From Hyaloraphidium curvatum SAG 235-1 (Eukaryota; Fungi; Monoblepharomycota): a DNA stretch of 64,000 bases. The translations under genes were made by a program, and so were the position numbers. The stretch's first letter is position 1. Every line of letters begins with the position of its first letter. Location of the stretch: assembly GCA_025558095.1 (NCBI GenBank), contig JAIVFI010000026.1, positions 551,045 to 615,044 of the forward strand, written 5' to 3'. Shown here piece by piece: positions 34,673 through 44,852 of this stretch. The notes beneath the pieces are model-generated. The model had not been told where the DNA came from, made no database searches, and saw nothing but the letters and a program-made list of their open reading frames with translations.

Positions 34673-35542
34673 CTATTCCTCCTTGCTGCCGCCTTCCGGC
34701 CCCCTCCGCGCCTCGACGGCGGCCCGCGTCGTCCCGTGCAGGTAGTCCAGGATCCCCAGCACGCCAAAATTGGCGTTGAACAGGCGGTGATGGTCGTCGT
34801 GCCCTTGCGGGTTGGGCATCAACGGCACCCTGTACCCGGAGTGCGAGTTCACGGTGTTGACGACCGCAATGGCGATCCACAGGTACAGCGTCGTCGCGTG
34901 CGCCCCGCAGACCACCGGGCCCGCGACGACGGGCACCACGTTCCCCAGAAAGAACTCGGCCGGGTGGGCGTAGATGGCCGTCAGCCCCGCCGGCGCGGTG
35001 AACTCGTGGTGCACCTTGTGCACGGCCCTGTACAGCGCCGGGGTGTGCAGCAGCCGGTGCGAGTAGAAGAAGAGCAGCTCGACGCCCAGGGCGGCCGCGA
35101 GCAGGTGCACGAGGACCTCGCGCGCGGGGGGGAGCTCCCGCGAGGTGCGGCCGCCGAAGAACCTGAATGCCGGGAGCAGGAAGAGGTACCCGACCAGCGG
35201 GCCGCAAACGAAGACGTTGGCTGCCACGGAACGAGCCGCCCGGGCATAGTCCGCGGGTGTCACGTGCTTGTCCTTCTGGAGCTTCGTCTTCGCGATGGCC
35301 TCGGGGCGTCCGGAGAGGTCCACGACGGCAAACGCGGCGGAGCTCAGACCGTACGACGCGAGGAACACCGCGTACGTGCCGGCGAGGAACGCCGCGTCGG
35401 GCGGCAGGCGGTCCAGCAGCCAGTTCCACGCGGGGGCGACGGCGCGCTTCCGGAGAGCGAGGAACGCGGCGACGGATCCGAGGAAGAAGGCGTTGTCCTT
35501 GGCGGACCCGACGCGGTGGTAGAGGACGGAGAGGAGGCTCAT
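34673..35542 (-). CDS. Fatty acid hydroxylase / sterol desaturase superfamily protein
   Basis: His boxes [31 protein letters not shown]. Confidence 0.92.
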   Translation of the reverse strand: MSLLSVLYHRVGSAKDNAFFLGSVAAFLALRKRAVAPAWNWLLDRLPPDAAFLAGTYAVFLASYGLSSAAFAVVDLSGRPEAIAKTKLQKDKHVTPADYARAARSVAANVFVCGPLVGYLFLLPAFRFFGGRTSRELPPAREVLVHLLAAALGVELLFFYSHRLLHTPALYRAVHKVHHEFTAPAGLTAIYAHPAEFFLGNVVPVVAGPVVCGAHATTLYLWIAIAVVNTVNSHSGYRVPLMPNPQGHDDHHRLFNANFGVLGILDYLHGTTRAAVEARRGPEGGSKEE

Positions 35543-36008
35543 CGGGCGGAACGGAGATGAGGTTCTTGGGGTGCGGCGCCTCCTCGCCCGCGTCTCGCGC
35601 AGAGTCCCGCTTCCTAGGTCAAACCCCCCATCAGATGTCACATGAATCTGGAGCATGGAGGATCACATCGGCATCTTCGGCGGGCGGGATCACGGTCCTT
35701 CCGTGTCGCCGTCCGCAACCCCCCTGAATGCCGGAGCGAGCCGACCCATCCGCCTTAGGAACCTCCAATCGGCGGAGCATCATTGTGATCCAGCTTGCGA
35801 AAGGAAAATTCCACAAGGGTGCCGAGTCTCCATCGAAGCCGATGGAAACATCCCTGAGCGTCTGCTCGCTTCGCATCCGTCAGCCCGCCGAGGATGCTGC
35901 TGACCAAGCTTCTCCGCCTCAACTCCGGTCCCGCGCGAAAGCACAAAAGGCGCGGCCTCCCGGGTCCAGAGCCATCGTGCACATCAATTGACGTCAATAC
36001 CGCAAGAA

Positions 36009-36233
36009 ATGAACCCCCTCCGCGCATTCCGCCGCCTACCCGCGGCCAACTGGGCCTGCGCCGCCGGCGCCGGCGGCTGCGCTTCGGGCGGGTGCGCGCG
36101 CACCACGGTGGCGGACTGGAAGGTGGTGGCACTGGCGGTGGTGCCGTTTGTGCTGCTGTGGGGGGCGGACGAGGCGAGGAAGGAGTGGAGGAGGAGGGTG
36201 CGGGAGGGGAGCGAGGCGCGGGAAGCGCCGTGA
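36009..36233 (+). pseudogene. Short ORF resembling the last TM helix of a P2-type ATPase (relic or microprotein)
   Basis: WKVVALAVVPFVLLWGADEARKEWRRR resembles the TM10 motif P..LL...DE.RK...RR. Confidence 0.3.
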
Positions 36234-36537
36234 GGGAGGACAAGGACGCGGACTTGCGACGCCCGGCACTTCCTGCCGTTCTTCCGCTCACGGGGGAGCA
36301 TCGACAGCAGAACCAGGAGGGCGGTTCCATGGGGTCGCCGCTTCATGACTTCGCAAGTTGCGAGCAGACTACATCGATTGCTGTGTCCAGGCTAGACATC
36401 ATCATATCCCAAAGCAAATGTATCGCATGAAAGATTCCAATGGCCGGTCTTCAATCGCTTCAACCTCGGTGTCCGTTCCTGAAATTGCCGCGCGCGGAAG
36501 TCCGAGAATTGAACGGGCAACAACGGGTCCCCCGCAG

Positions 36538-37239
36538 CTAAGCCAAGTCAAGCAGGATCTTCGCCGTCTCATCCGGCTTGTTGTTGGGCAGCATGTGGTT
36601 GCACGCGACCTCGAGGTACCTCCACCTGGGCGCCTTGGCCTTTGCCTTGTCGGCCGCATCCCGCAGCGCCGGGACGCTATCCCACTCGGTTGCGAACACG
36701 TACGTCAGCCCGAACCCGGACTCCTCCAGAGGCTTCGCCAGCTTCACGCGCTCCGTGAAGCACCGCACAGGGTGGGACACCCTCCGTGGCAACGAGAAGG
36801 CCGCCTCGGCGGGGTCGTAGAACTCCCTCGGGGGCGAGGGCACGAGCCACGGCGCCCCGAGCTCCGCGGGGTCCTGCAGCACCAGCGCGCCGCGGGTGAG
36901 AGATGCCACGCTGTCGCCGTCGGAAGGGACGAACGCGTCGAGATACACGAGCTCCCGCACGCGGTCGGCGACGTGCTCGAGCGCGCCGGTGACCACGAAG
37001 CCGCCGTACGAGAACCCCACGAGCACAATGTCGGTCAAATCCTCGTACAGAATGCAGTTGACCACGTCCAGCACGTGCACGGAGAGGTCTACGGTCGGGC
37101 TCGCGAGGTGCGCGCGCTCGCCGATGCCCGTCAGGCTCGGCGTGAAGACCTGGTGGCCGGCGGCCTGGAGCAGCTTCCGCACGTGGCGCCAGCCGTGGGC
37201 GCCGGCCCAGCCGCCGTGGACGAGCACGTAGATGGCCAT
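36538..37239 (-). CDS. Alpha/beta hydrolase (methylesterase/salicylate-esterase-like), bacterial type
   Basis: YVLVHGGWAG, TPSLTGIGER, LVGFSYGG nucleophile elbow, LVYLDAFVP, C-terminal H; intronless. Confidence 0.9.
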   Translation of the reverse strand: MAIYVLVHGGWAGAHGWRHVRKLLQAAGHQVFTPSLTGIGERAHLASPTVDLSVHVLDVVNCILYEDLTDIVLVGFSYGGFVVTGALEHVADRVRELVYLDAFVPSDGDSVASLTRGALVLQDPAELGAPWLVPSPPREFYDPAEAAFSLPRRVSHPVRCFTERVKLAKPLEESGFGLTYVFATEWDSVPALRDAADKAKAKAPRWRYLEVACNHMLPNNKPDETAKILLDLA

Positions 37240-37773
37240 CGATGGTTCGGGGCCGCGATGCGGCGGGTGTTGGTGGGCGGCGGCGCTAGGTGGGAGACGT
37301 TCCGAAACCCCCGCTGAGGGAGCCGGCGATTGCGCTTGCGGACTTTCCCTGTTGCTTCCTCATCGAAGCCCAGACCGTGGTGGCAGACCGACCGGACTGC
37401 ACAGAATCTGGACTTGCTCGCGCTCTACTCGACGCTTTGGACGGCGTGGGATTGGCCGGAGGAGATGACCAGGGATGTGGACCTGAGGGCACGGCATGAA
37501 GCGGCATTGGAATCTCGATTGCGGCTGATGTTGAAGGACTACCGGCGCAAAGGCACTCTGGGAGATGGCAGCGGGCAAGACGGCACGGTACTGCAGCCGC
37601 GAGTGCCAGCTCGCCGCGTGGGACGGCCACCGGGAGGGTTGCGAGTCCGTCGGGGGCGATGGCAAATAGCAGGCCGCTGGCTTCGTTTCGTGTTAACGTA
37701 CTTCAACAGCAGACCACATCACGCTGCCACTTCGTCGCCACGCCAGTTGCAGCTCCCCCGGATCCGCCCTGCA

Positions 37774-39582
37774 TCACGCCATCCCCTGCGGCGGCATCTC
37801 CGCCTCGGCCTCGGCCAGCATCGCCCCCACAACGTCCCGGTTCAGGTACAGGTCCCCGACCATCCTGTCCTGCGCCTCCAGCCGCGCGATCCGCCGCATG
37901 CCCGCGTCCAGCGCCGCGCGCAGCTCGGCCATCTCGCGGCGGACCTCCTCCCGCGAGGCCTTCTTGCCCGATGCCGGGGCGGATGGGACCGAGGGGGGAA
38001 GCGAGGCGCGCTCCTCGAGCCACGCTTCGACGGCGTCGTGCGCGGCGGCAGGCTGCCGGGCGGCGACGGAGCGGGCCGAGGCGGGGACCGAGATGGAGGC
38101 CTGGCTTGCGAAGGCGGTGCTGGGCATGAAGTTGTCGGGGACAAAGAGGGTCGCGGAGGAGGTGCCGCGGGTGGCGGGGGTCAAGGAGGGCGGGGTCGGG
38201 GCAGGGGCGGGCGGCGAAGGCGGGGCGTAGGCCTTGGAAGGGTCGTACCCGCGGCCGTAGAGTTCGCCCATCCGCCGGGCGGCGCGGGAACGCAGGAAGC
38301 ACATCTGCACCAGGCCGAGGGGCTGCAGCCGCCCCTGCCCGAAGAAGGCGCGGTACAGCACCGCGCACCAGGTCATCATCGCGCCGACGCTCGTGATGAC
38401 GTCGAGAGTGGTGAACGTGTAGACCGAGGTGGTCTCGACGACAGTGAACGTGCCCGGGGTGGCGGCGGGGCGGTTCTCGGAGACGACGACGACGTCGGCG
38501 TACCGCAGGAAGGTTCCCAGGGCAAAGTCCTCGCGGAGCAGGCCCTGCCGCTGGTTGCTGACCAGGTAGACCTCCCCGCCGGGCGTCGCCTGCACGTAGC
38601 GGCCGCCGCCGTTCTCGCTTCCGAGGCCGACGGTCTTGTCGATCGCGAAAGTCCAGGCCAGAGTGGCGATGGTGTTGACCTGTACGGGGAAAGCGTCGAG
38701 CACGCCGAGGCTCCGGATGCGGCCTGAGAAGAAGGCTTCGGTCACCCGGGGGTGCACCAGGGCAGCCCACAGGGTGCCTTGCCACGGCCCAGGCTCGGCG
38801 GTGGTGCGGTCGGCGGGGGCCGTGACAGACACGGTGTAGCTGCGTGTGTCGTTGCCGACGAGCGTGCCGCCGGCGACGGCCCGCGAGGCGGGGAAAAGGT
38901 GGCACGAGAACGAGATGCCGGTGGCGTCGAACGCGACTTCTGAAGAGGCACCTGAGCCGGGGGGATATGCGAGGCGGAGCTCGATGGGATCGGGCATCGG
39001 CGGCGAGGGCGGAGGGAGGTCCTGGCGTTCGGTCTGCGCGACCACCTCGGGTTCCAGCTCCAGTTCCGCGCTCCGGCGCGAGAGCCTAATCTTCCTGCGT
39101 CCCACGCCGGGGTTGCTCTCCATGTAGGCGTCCCATTCCGCCCCCGACACGCCCATTGGCCGGCCACACCCGAACAGCCCCTCCTGCCTCTTCCTCCGCC
39201 TGCCCGGCGCCGTTTCGGAGCCCAGCTTGCCCGGCCCACTCTCTGAAAACACGGTGTAGGTGGCCGCTCCGTCGACGCAGAGCCCCAGCGCGCGGCGGTC
39301 GAGGCACAGCACGAGGTCGGGGTGAGGGAGCGGCCGCACCAGCGTCGCCGCCTGCGTCACGGGGGTCTGGGTGAGGTACTGCCTCACAGCAAGGGCGATG
39401 TAGATCGCGCCGCCGACGGCCAGCAGCACAATCCCGAGCACGCGGGCGAGGAAGACGCTCTGCGGGCCGATGCCCCACAGCCCGCGCCGGAGCTCGCCGA
39501 AGGGGTCGCAGCCGCACCGCCGCTGCAGCACGCCCGGCCTGGGCTGCGGCGGGGGCGGGCCCTTGACGTCGCGTGGCTCCAT
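37774..39582 (-). CDS. Two-TM protein with large extracellular loop and C-terminal coiled coil (DEG/ENaC-like topology)
   Basis: TM1 VLGIVLLAVGGAIYIALAV followed by QY..TPVTQ..LPHPDLVLC; TM2 TLDVITSVGAMMTWCAVLYRAFFG. Confidence 0.65.
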   Translation of the reverse strand: MEPRDVKGPPPPQPRPGVLQRRCGCDPFGELRRGLWGIGPQSVFLARVLGIVLLAVGGAIYIALAVRQYLTQTPVTQAATLVRPLPHPDLVLCLDRRALGLCVDGAATYTVFSESGPGKLGSETAPGRRRKRQEGLFGCGRPMGVSGAEWDAYMESNPGVGRRKIRLSRRSAELELEPEVVAQTERQDLPPPSPPMPDPIELRLAYPPGSGASSEVAFDATGISFSCHLFPASRAVAGGTLVGNDTRSYTVSVTAPADRTTAEPGPWQGTLWAALVHPRVTEAFFSGRIRSLGVLDAFPVQVNTIATLAWTFAIDKTVGLGSENGGGRYVQATPGGEVYLVSNQRQGLLREDFALGTFLRYADVVVVSENRPAATPGTFTVVETTSVYTFTTLDVITSVGAMMTWCAVLYRAFFGQGRLQPLGLVQMCFLRSRAARRMGELYGRGYDPSKAYAPPSPPAPAPTPPSLTPATRGTSSATLFVPDNFMPSTAFASQASISVPASARSVAARQPAAAHDAVEAWLEERASLPPSVPSAPASGKKASREEVRREMAELRAALDAGMRRIARLEAQDRMVGDLYLNRDVVGAMLAEAEAEMPPQGMA

Positions 39583-39735
39583 GGCGGGGGAAGGCACCAG
39601 GGCAGGGAGATCGGAGCCAGCCGCGAGGTGGATGAACCAACACCGCCGGCAGGACCCGCCCATCTCCCGCCCACGGCCGTTCGCCACACGACCAAAAGTA
39701 TGCCATCCATCAGCGGAGCGCGAGGCAATTTGTAT

Positions 39736-41134
39736 TCACTTGATGCGGTAGAACTTCCTCGCGTTGTCGCGGAACAGCTTCTTCAGGTCCTCCTTGCCCA
39801 GGCCCATCTCCTTGGCGACGATCACGTACGAGGCCAGCAGCTCGCCGTAGCGGGCCATACCGGCGTCGACGGGGACTGTGGGAAGAACGACATATCACGT
39901 GAGCCGAGAATCAGCGCACGGGCCGCCGACAACCCACAGTTGGATCCGTAGAAGCACCTGTCCGTCCCGAAGACCTCGATGGTCCACCTCACCATGTCCC
40001 CGAACCTCGACCCCGCGATCTCCTTGGCCGTCGGTCCGGCGTTGGGCCACGTCCCCTTGTACACCCCCCAGTCGAACCCGAGCATGGGCATCAGGCCCGA
40101 CAGCTTCGCGTACACGTTGGGCGACGCGTCGGCGAGGGCCTTGATGTCCGTCTTCCACTTGGCAAACATGGCGTCGTCGTTGGCGATGCCGAGGGGGGTG
40201 CCGAAGTGGTTGAGGACGATGCGCACCTCGGGGAACTTCTTGGCGAGCTCGGTGACGAGGGGGATCTGGTCGCCGTAGCTGTGGGTATGTACCGAACGAG
40301 CTCAGGTTCGGCGCTTCGCGGAACCTGAACGGCAGGCAACCCACCACCACGCGTCAAACTCCAGGTCCAGCTTCCGGAACAGCTCAAAGTTCTTGACCCA
40401 GCGCGGGTCGCGGGTGATGTCCGGGATGGGCGCGTGCGGCATCTGCACGTCCGTGGGGTCGAACGTGATGGACTGCCTGATCCCGCGGAAGTTGGGGCTC
40501 TTCATGTGGGCGCGGAGGAGGGCCTCGACCTGGCGCGCGGGTGGGGGATCAGGCTCCAAAGGCGGGCCGGGGCGGATCGGGCGGGCGCACCTTGGCCGTG
40601 TCCTCCTCGAGCAGGTCCGCGGTGCCGACGATGGCGGCGCCGATCTGGTTCCCCGTCGCGTCCGCGATCTTCTGGATGTACTCCGTCTCGCCATCCTTGG
40701 TCCCCACCGTCCACCCGCACTCGAGGTGGACCGTCGACTCGACCACCACCGGCGCCGCCTCGGCAATGTCCCGCCGCAGGTCCTCGGGGTTATAGTCCTG
40801 CATCATGCAGTCGATGTTGCCGAAGCTCGCGACGAGGCCCGAGAGGAACTTCCTGTTGCCTTCCGCGGGGAGGGGGGAGGGCTTGACCTCGAAGCCGGGT
40901 GGGATCTTCTTCTTGATCTGCAGCGGCGGGTACCCGAACTCCTCGGGCTTGAGCGCGGCGAAGAGGGACTGCGCGCGGGGCGTCGTGACGTCGCCCCAGA
41001 TGTGGTGGTGCTGCGGGGGACACCGGTTGGTCGCCGTCTGCGCAGGAGCCGCGATGGGCACCCACCGAGTCCACGATGGGAAAGTCGAGCTCCTTCACGG
41101 CCGCGGCAGCCTCGGGCGAGAGCGGGAACGACAT
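39736..41134 (-). CDS. Amidohydrolase family 2 protein (lactonase-like), multi-intron
   Basis: IVDS|HHHIW across intron 41011-41065; FRGIRQ, IVLNHFGTP, PNVYAKLSG, FGTDRCFYGSN, LFRDNARKFY. Confidence 0.88.
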
Positions 41135-41586
41135 GGCGGCGGGCTGGGGCGAGGGGAGACAGAGAGAGTTTTTGAGGGGACGCGTCGGGGGCCGTTGCCG
41201 ACGACGCCGACGCCCGACGCCAATACGACGCGGCCGCCATCCAACGCTACTCGGATGCGGCGCCGATCACGGTGATGTATCGTCGTAAGATCTGCGCTTT
41301 TCTGAGGCAGATCTGCAGGGACATCCCGGTGGCTACGGGTCTGTACCTGGCCAACAGCGTCTACCCGGAAGTGGCCATCCACATCAATCCACATTCGAAT
41401 CGATGGATTCAGCATCACAAAATGTTCCGACTGCGCTTTGAAACGCGATTTGGAGAGATCCGCGCCGGACCTGCGGATTGGTTTGGCTTGTCGCGCCTTA
41501 GACCGCTCTCAATCAAAACTCCTAACCACCTTCACCTGCTCGGAACCGGATCCGATAACCTTCCCGGCTCTCCCGCCCTCCGCGCC

Positions 41587-43147
41587 ATGTCCGGTGGGTC
41601 CTTCTGCGCGCGTCGTGCGCGAGGCTGCCCCGCGGGAACCCGCTGCTGACCTCCCTTTCCCCGTTCCCCCCCCTGGGACCGCGGTCGCGCCACGGCCCAT
41701 TGCGCTGCCCGGCCTCCCGCCCTCCTCCCCTGCGTGGCTCCATCCTCGCCGCGCGCGTCTCAGACTGGAACCGGAACGGCGGCGGCTACGGCGGCTACAA
41801 CGCCGGCGCGTTCGGCGGCGGCGGCGGCAACTACGGCCCGTCGTTCGGCGGCGGCGGGGGCAACTACGGGGGCAACTACGGCGGGGACAACTACGGCGGG
41901 GGCAACGTTGGCGGCGGGGGGAACAGGTTCGGCGGGGGTGGGGGCGGGGGCGGCTTCGGGGCGGGGGGGTTCAGCCCGGGAGCGCAGGGGAGCCCGGGAG
42001 AGAAGAAGGTGCGTTGGTGGGCGCCGCAGCCTGTCTTTCGGACGGGCGGCGGTCTGGGAAGGAGCTCGAGAGCTTGCGACGCTGGTCAGACGGGGAGATC
42101 TCGCTCTGCTTTGCGGGGAACGGCCTCGACTTCCTCCGGACCGTCGCCAGACCCGGTCGAGGCCGAAAAGCGCTCAACCTCCCTCCACCACCGCAGCAAT
42201 CCCGCCTCTCGAACCAGACGCTCCGCCCCCTGACCTGCAAGCAGCTCGCCGAGGCCACGCAGCCCATCCCCGACCAGAACTTCCAGCTCGACGGCGCCGA
42301 GATCGGCCAGTTCGCCCTCGTCGGCCGCATCCTCGCCGCGCAGGCCAAGTCGACCAACCTGACCTACACGGTCGAGGACGGGACGGGGCAGATGGACTTT
42401 ACGGTGTGGTTCAACAAGAACGAGGACCCGGGGATGAGGGAAGACAGAGGGCCCGAGTACCCGTGCGTCGCCCGGTCGCCGAGTCGGGGCACCTAGCCTG
42501 ACGCCTATTGGATCCACAGGGAAGGCACGTACGTCAAGATCATCGGCAACATCAAGTCGTTCCAGGGCAAGCGGAGCTACGTCTCGCAGGCGATGCGCAA
42601 GGTCGAGAACTTCAACGAGGTCACGGCCCACGAGCTCGAGTGCATATCGGTGACGCTGTACCACCGCCGGGTAGGCACTCACCGCCTCAGCCGTGCCCCA
42701 CCCACCGCTGATCCCGTTCCCGCTTCCTGTCCGGCAGGGCCCACCGTCGGCCAACCAGGTCCCCGCCGGCGACCACGCCAACCCGTACGTCGTCCCCCCC
42801 GTCGGACTCGCCCGCCCCACGGGCGCAAACCCCTACGCCCAGGCCCCCGCCGGCGGCGGCATCGACCCCTCCTCCAACCTGCACCCCACCGCGCAGCGCG
42901 TCATGGCGGTCGTCCACCGCTCGCCGGACACGAACGAGGGCGTGCACGTGCAGACGATCGTCGCTGCGCTGAGGGGGCAGGGGATCGCGGAGGGGGAGGT
43001 GAGGACGCAGGTGCAGTGGCTGATGGACGAGGGGCACCTGTACAGCACGGTGGACGACGAGCACGTCAAGGTGGGTCTCGGGCGGTTGCGGGTGTCTGAC
43101 GGGCGGCTGATTGCGATGCGTCGTTGCAGCCGACGGAGAGCATGTGA
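41587..43147 (+). CDS. RPA2: Replication protein A 32 kDa subunit, multi-exon
   Basis: Gly-rich N-terminus; TLRPLTCKQL, VEDGTG, YVKIIGNIKSFQGKR, FNEVTAHELE OB fold; winged helix EGVHV..EGHLYSTVDDEHVK. Confidence 0.93.
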
Positions 43148-43194
43148 GGAGGAGAAGGGAGGACCGGAGATACCAAGCGCCGCGTCGATATCGT

Positions 43195-44774
43195 TCAATA
43201 CCCATCCGCTGTTTCGATCCCGATGCCCGCCGCCCGCCGCCTTTTGCTCCCCGCCCCCTTCCGCGCTCGCTCCCACTCCCGGTAGCCCACGAACGGCCCC
43301 CTGCCCTTCACCAGCTCCGCGTACCCCCTCCTCCGCATCTCCTGCCCCATCTCCACCTCGATCGCCGCCCAGTCCGCACCCTCCTGCAACGCCGCCGCCC
43401 GCCGCACGATCTGCAGGAGATAGCACAGCGTCGCCTTGAGCCCGAGGTTCCTTGCGGCAAACCGCATGGCCCCCAGCGCCGTCCGCCGCGCGCGGGCGTC
43501 GTCCCCTCGCAGCCCCTCCACCGCGCGCCCGAGGTGCACCAGCGCGGGGGCGGCGTGGTCCCGGCCCGGTTCGAGGAGGAAGGTGTAGTGCTGCACGAAC
43601 GCCGAGTCGCGGGGGAGGATGGGGAGCATGCCGGAGGAGAGGAGGAAGAGGGTGCGGAAGGCGGCGCCGAAGCCGTCGGTGCTCACGGCGTAGCGGTAGC
43701 GGTCGGCCTGCTGCGGCATGGAGAGGCGGGAAGCGTTGCGGCAGTCTGCGGAAGGGGGGGCGGTAGGCCGATGACGGGGGCGAAGGATGCGCCGGACCCA
43801 CATTTGGCCACTACGTGCTCCTTGATCTCGGGGGTGAAGGACGCCGCCAGCGGGCCCAGGTCCTCGGGATCGCAGGATGCGTCGATCAGATCCGGCCGCA
43901 GCGAGCCCTGGTGCAGCACGGCGATCCGCGCCGTCTGCTGGGGCACGATCCCCGCCGGCCCGAAGTCGGGGGCGTTGAGCGCCCCGCGCCACACGGCGAC
44001 GGGGAGGCGGGACTCCCAGGGGGCCCTCCCGACCCAGTCGTTGACGGCGCGGGAGCGGTCGAGCAACGTGACGGCGTGGATCCAATCGGGGAGCAGGATG
44101 GCCTTGGAGCCGCGCACCTTGGAGGCGGCGAAGATGGGCAGCGTGGGGCCGGCGTCGGGGATGCCGTCTGCGGCGAGGAAGTGCAGCCGCGCGTCGGGCA
44201 CGCGGGCGCCGGCGGCGGCGACGGTGTCGAGCAGCAGCTGCACGAGCGGCAGCATCCACTTGCCGCCGTCGTGGCCGGCGGTGCAGGCTGCGCAGTTCTT
44301 GACGGTCAGGTTGCCGCCGACGATGCGGAACAGGTCGAGGTCGGCGTGGCGCACGGCGGTCTCGCGGAACAGCCGGGTGCGCACTTGCGGCGGGTCGCCC
44401 TTGTACGCCGCCCACGTGCCGAACTCGGCGTCGGCGTGCAGCCCGCCGGCAAAGTCGGATTGTGCGCACAGCGCGGCCTCGACGCCGTCGAGCGTTGTGG
44501 GGGCGGTGGAGGCGCGTAGTGGCGTTTGCGCGGGCGGCCACCCGCGCAGCTCGGCGGGCGAAAAGAGCAGCGACGCGTTGCGCAGCCGTGCCCGCAGCGC
44601 GGAGAGCTCGGCGTCCTCGGCCGCCGTCCACGAGCCCGGCGGGGCCGCCCGGCCGCGCGCGCCGCCGCTCCCAGCGTCCCGCGGCGGCAGCGCGCCGCAC
44701 GCGAGGGCAAAGAGCAGCAGCGTAGCCCATGCGGCGACCGCGGGGACGCCGACAGCGGAAAGCGGCGCACCCAT
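43195..44774 (-). CDS. Glycosyltransferase family 90 (CAP10-like); intron at 43746-43801
   Basis: N-terminal anchor; PWESRLPVAVWRGA; QQADRYRYAVSTDG..AFR..LLSSG; LEPGRDH; FA..NL..LCYL. Confidence 0.8.
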
Positions 44775-44822
44775 GCTTTGGCGAACGATTGGGCGGGGTT
44801 GTGTGGGCGAAAAAAGGACATC

Positions 44823-44835
44823 CATCAGACATTGG
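44823..44835 (+). repeat. Left copy of 13-bp direct repeat CATCAGACATTGG (candidate target-site duplication)
   Basis: Exact second copy at 54210-54222. Confidence 0.7.
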
Positions 44836-44852
44836 TGTGTAAACGGACCTCA

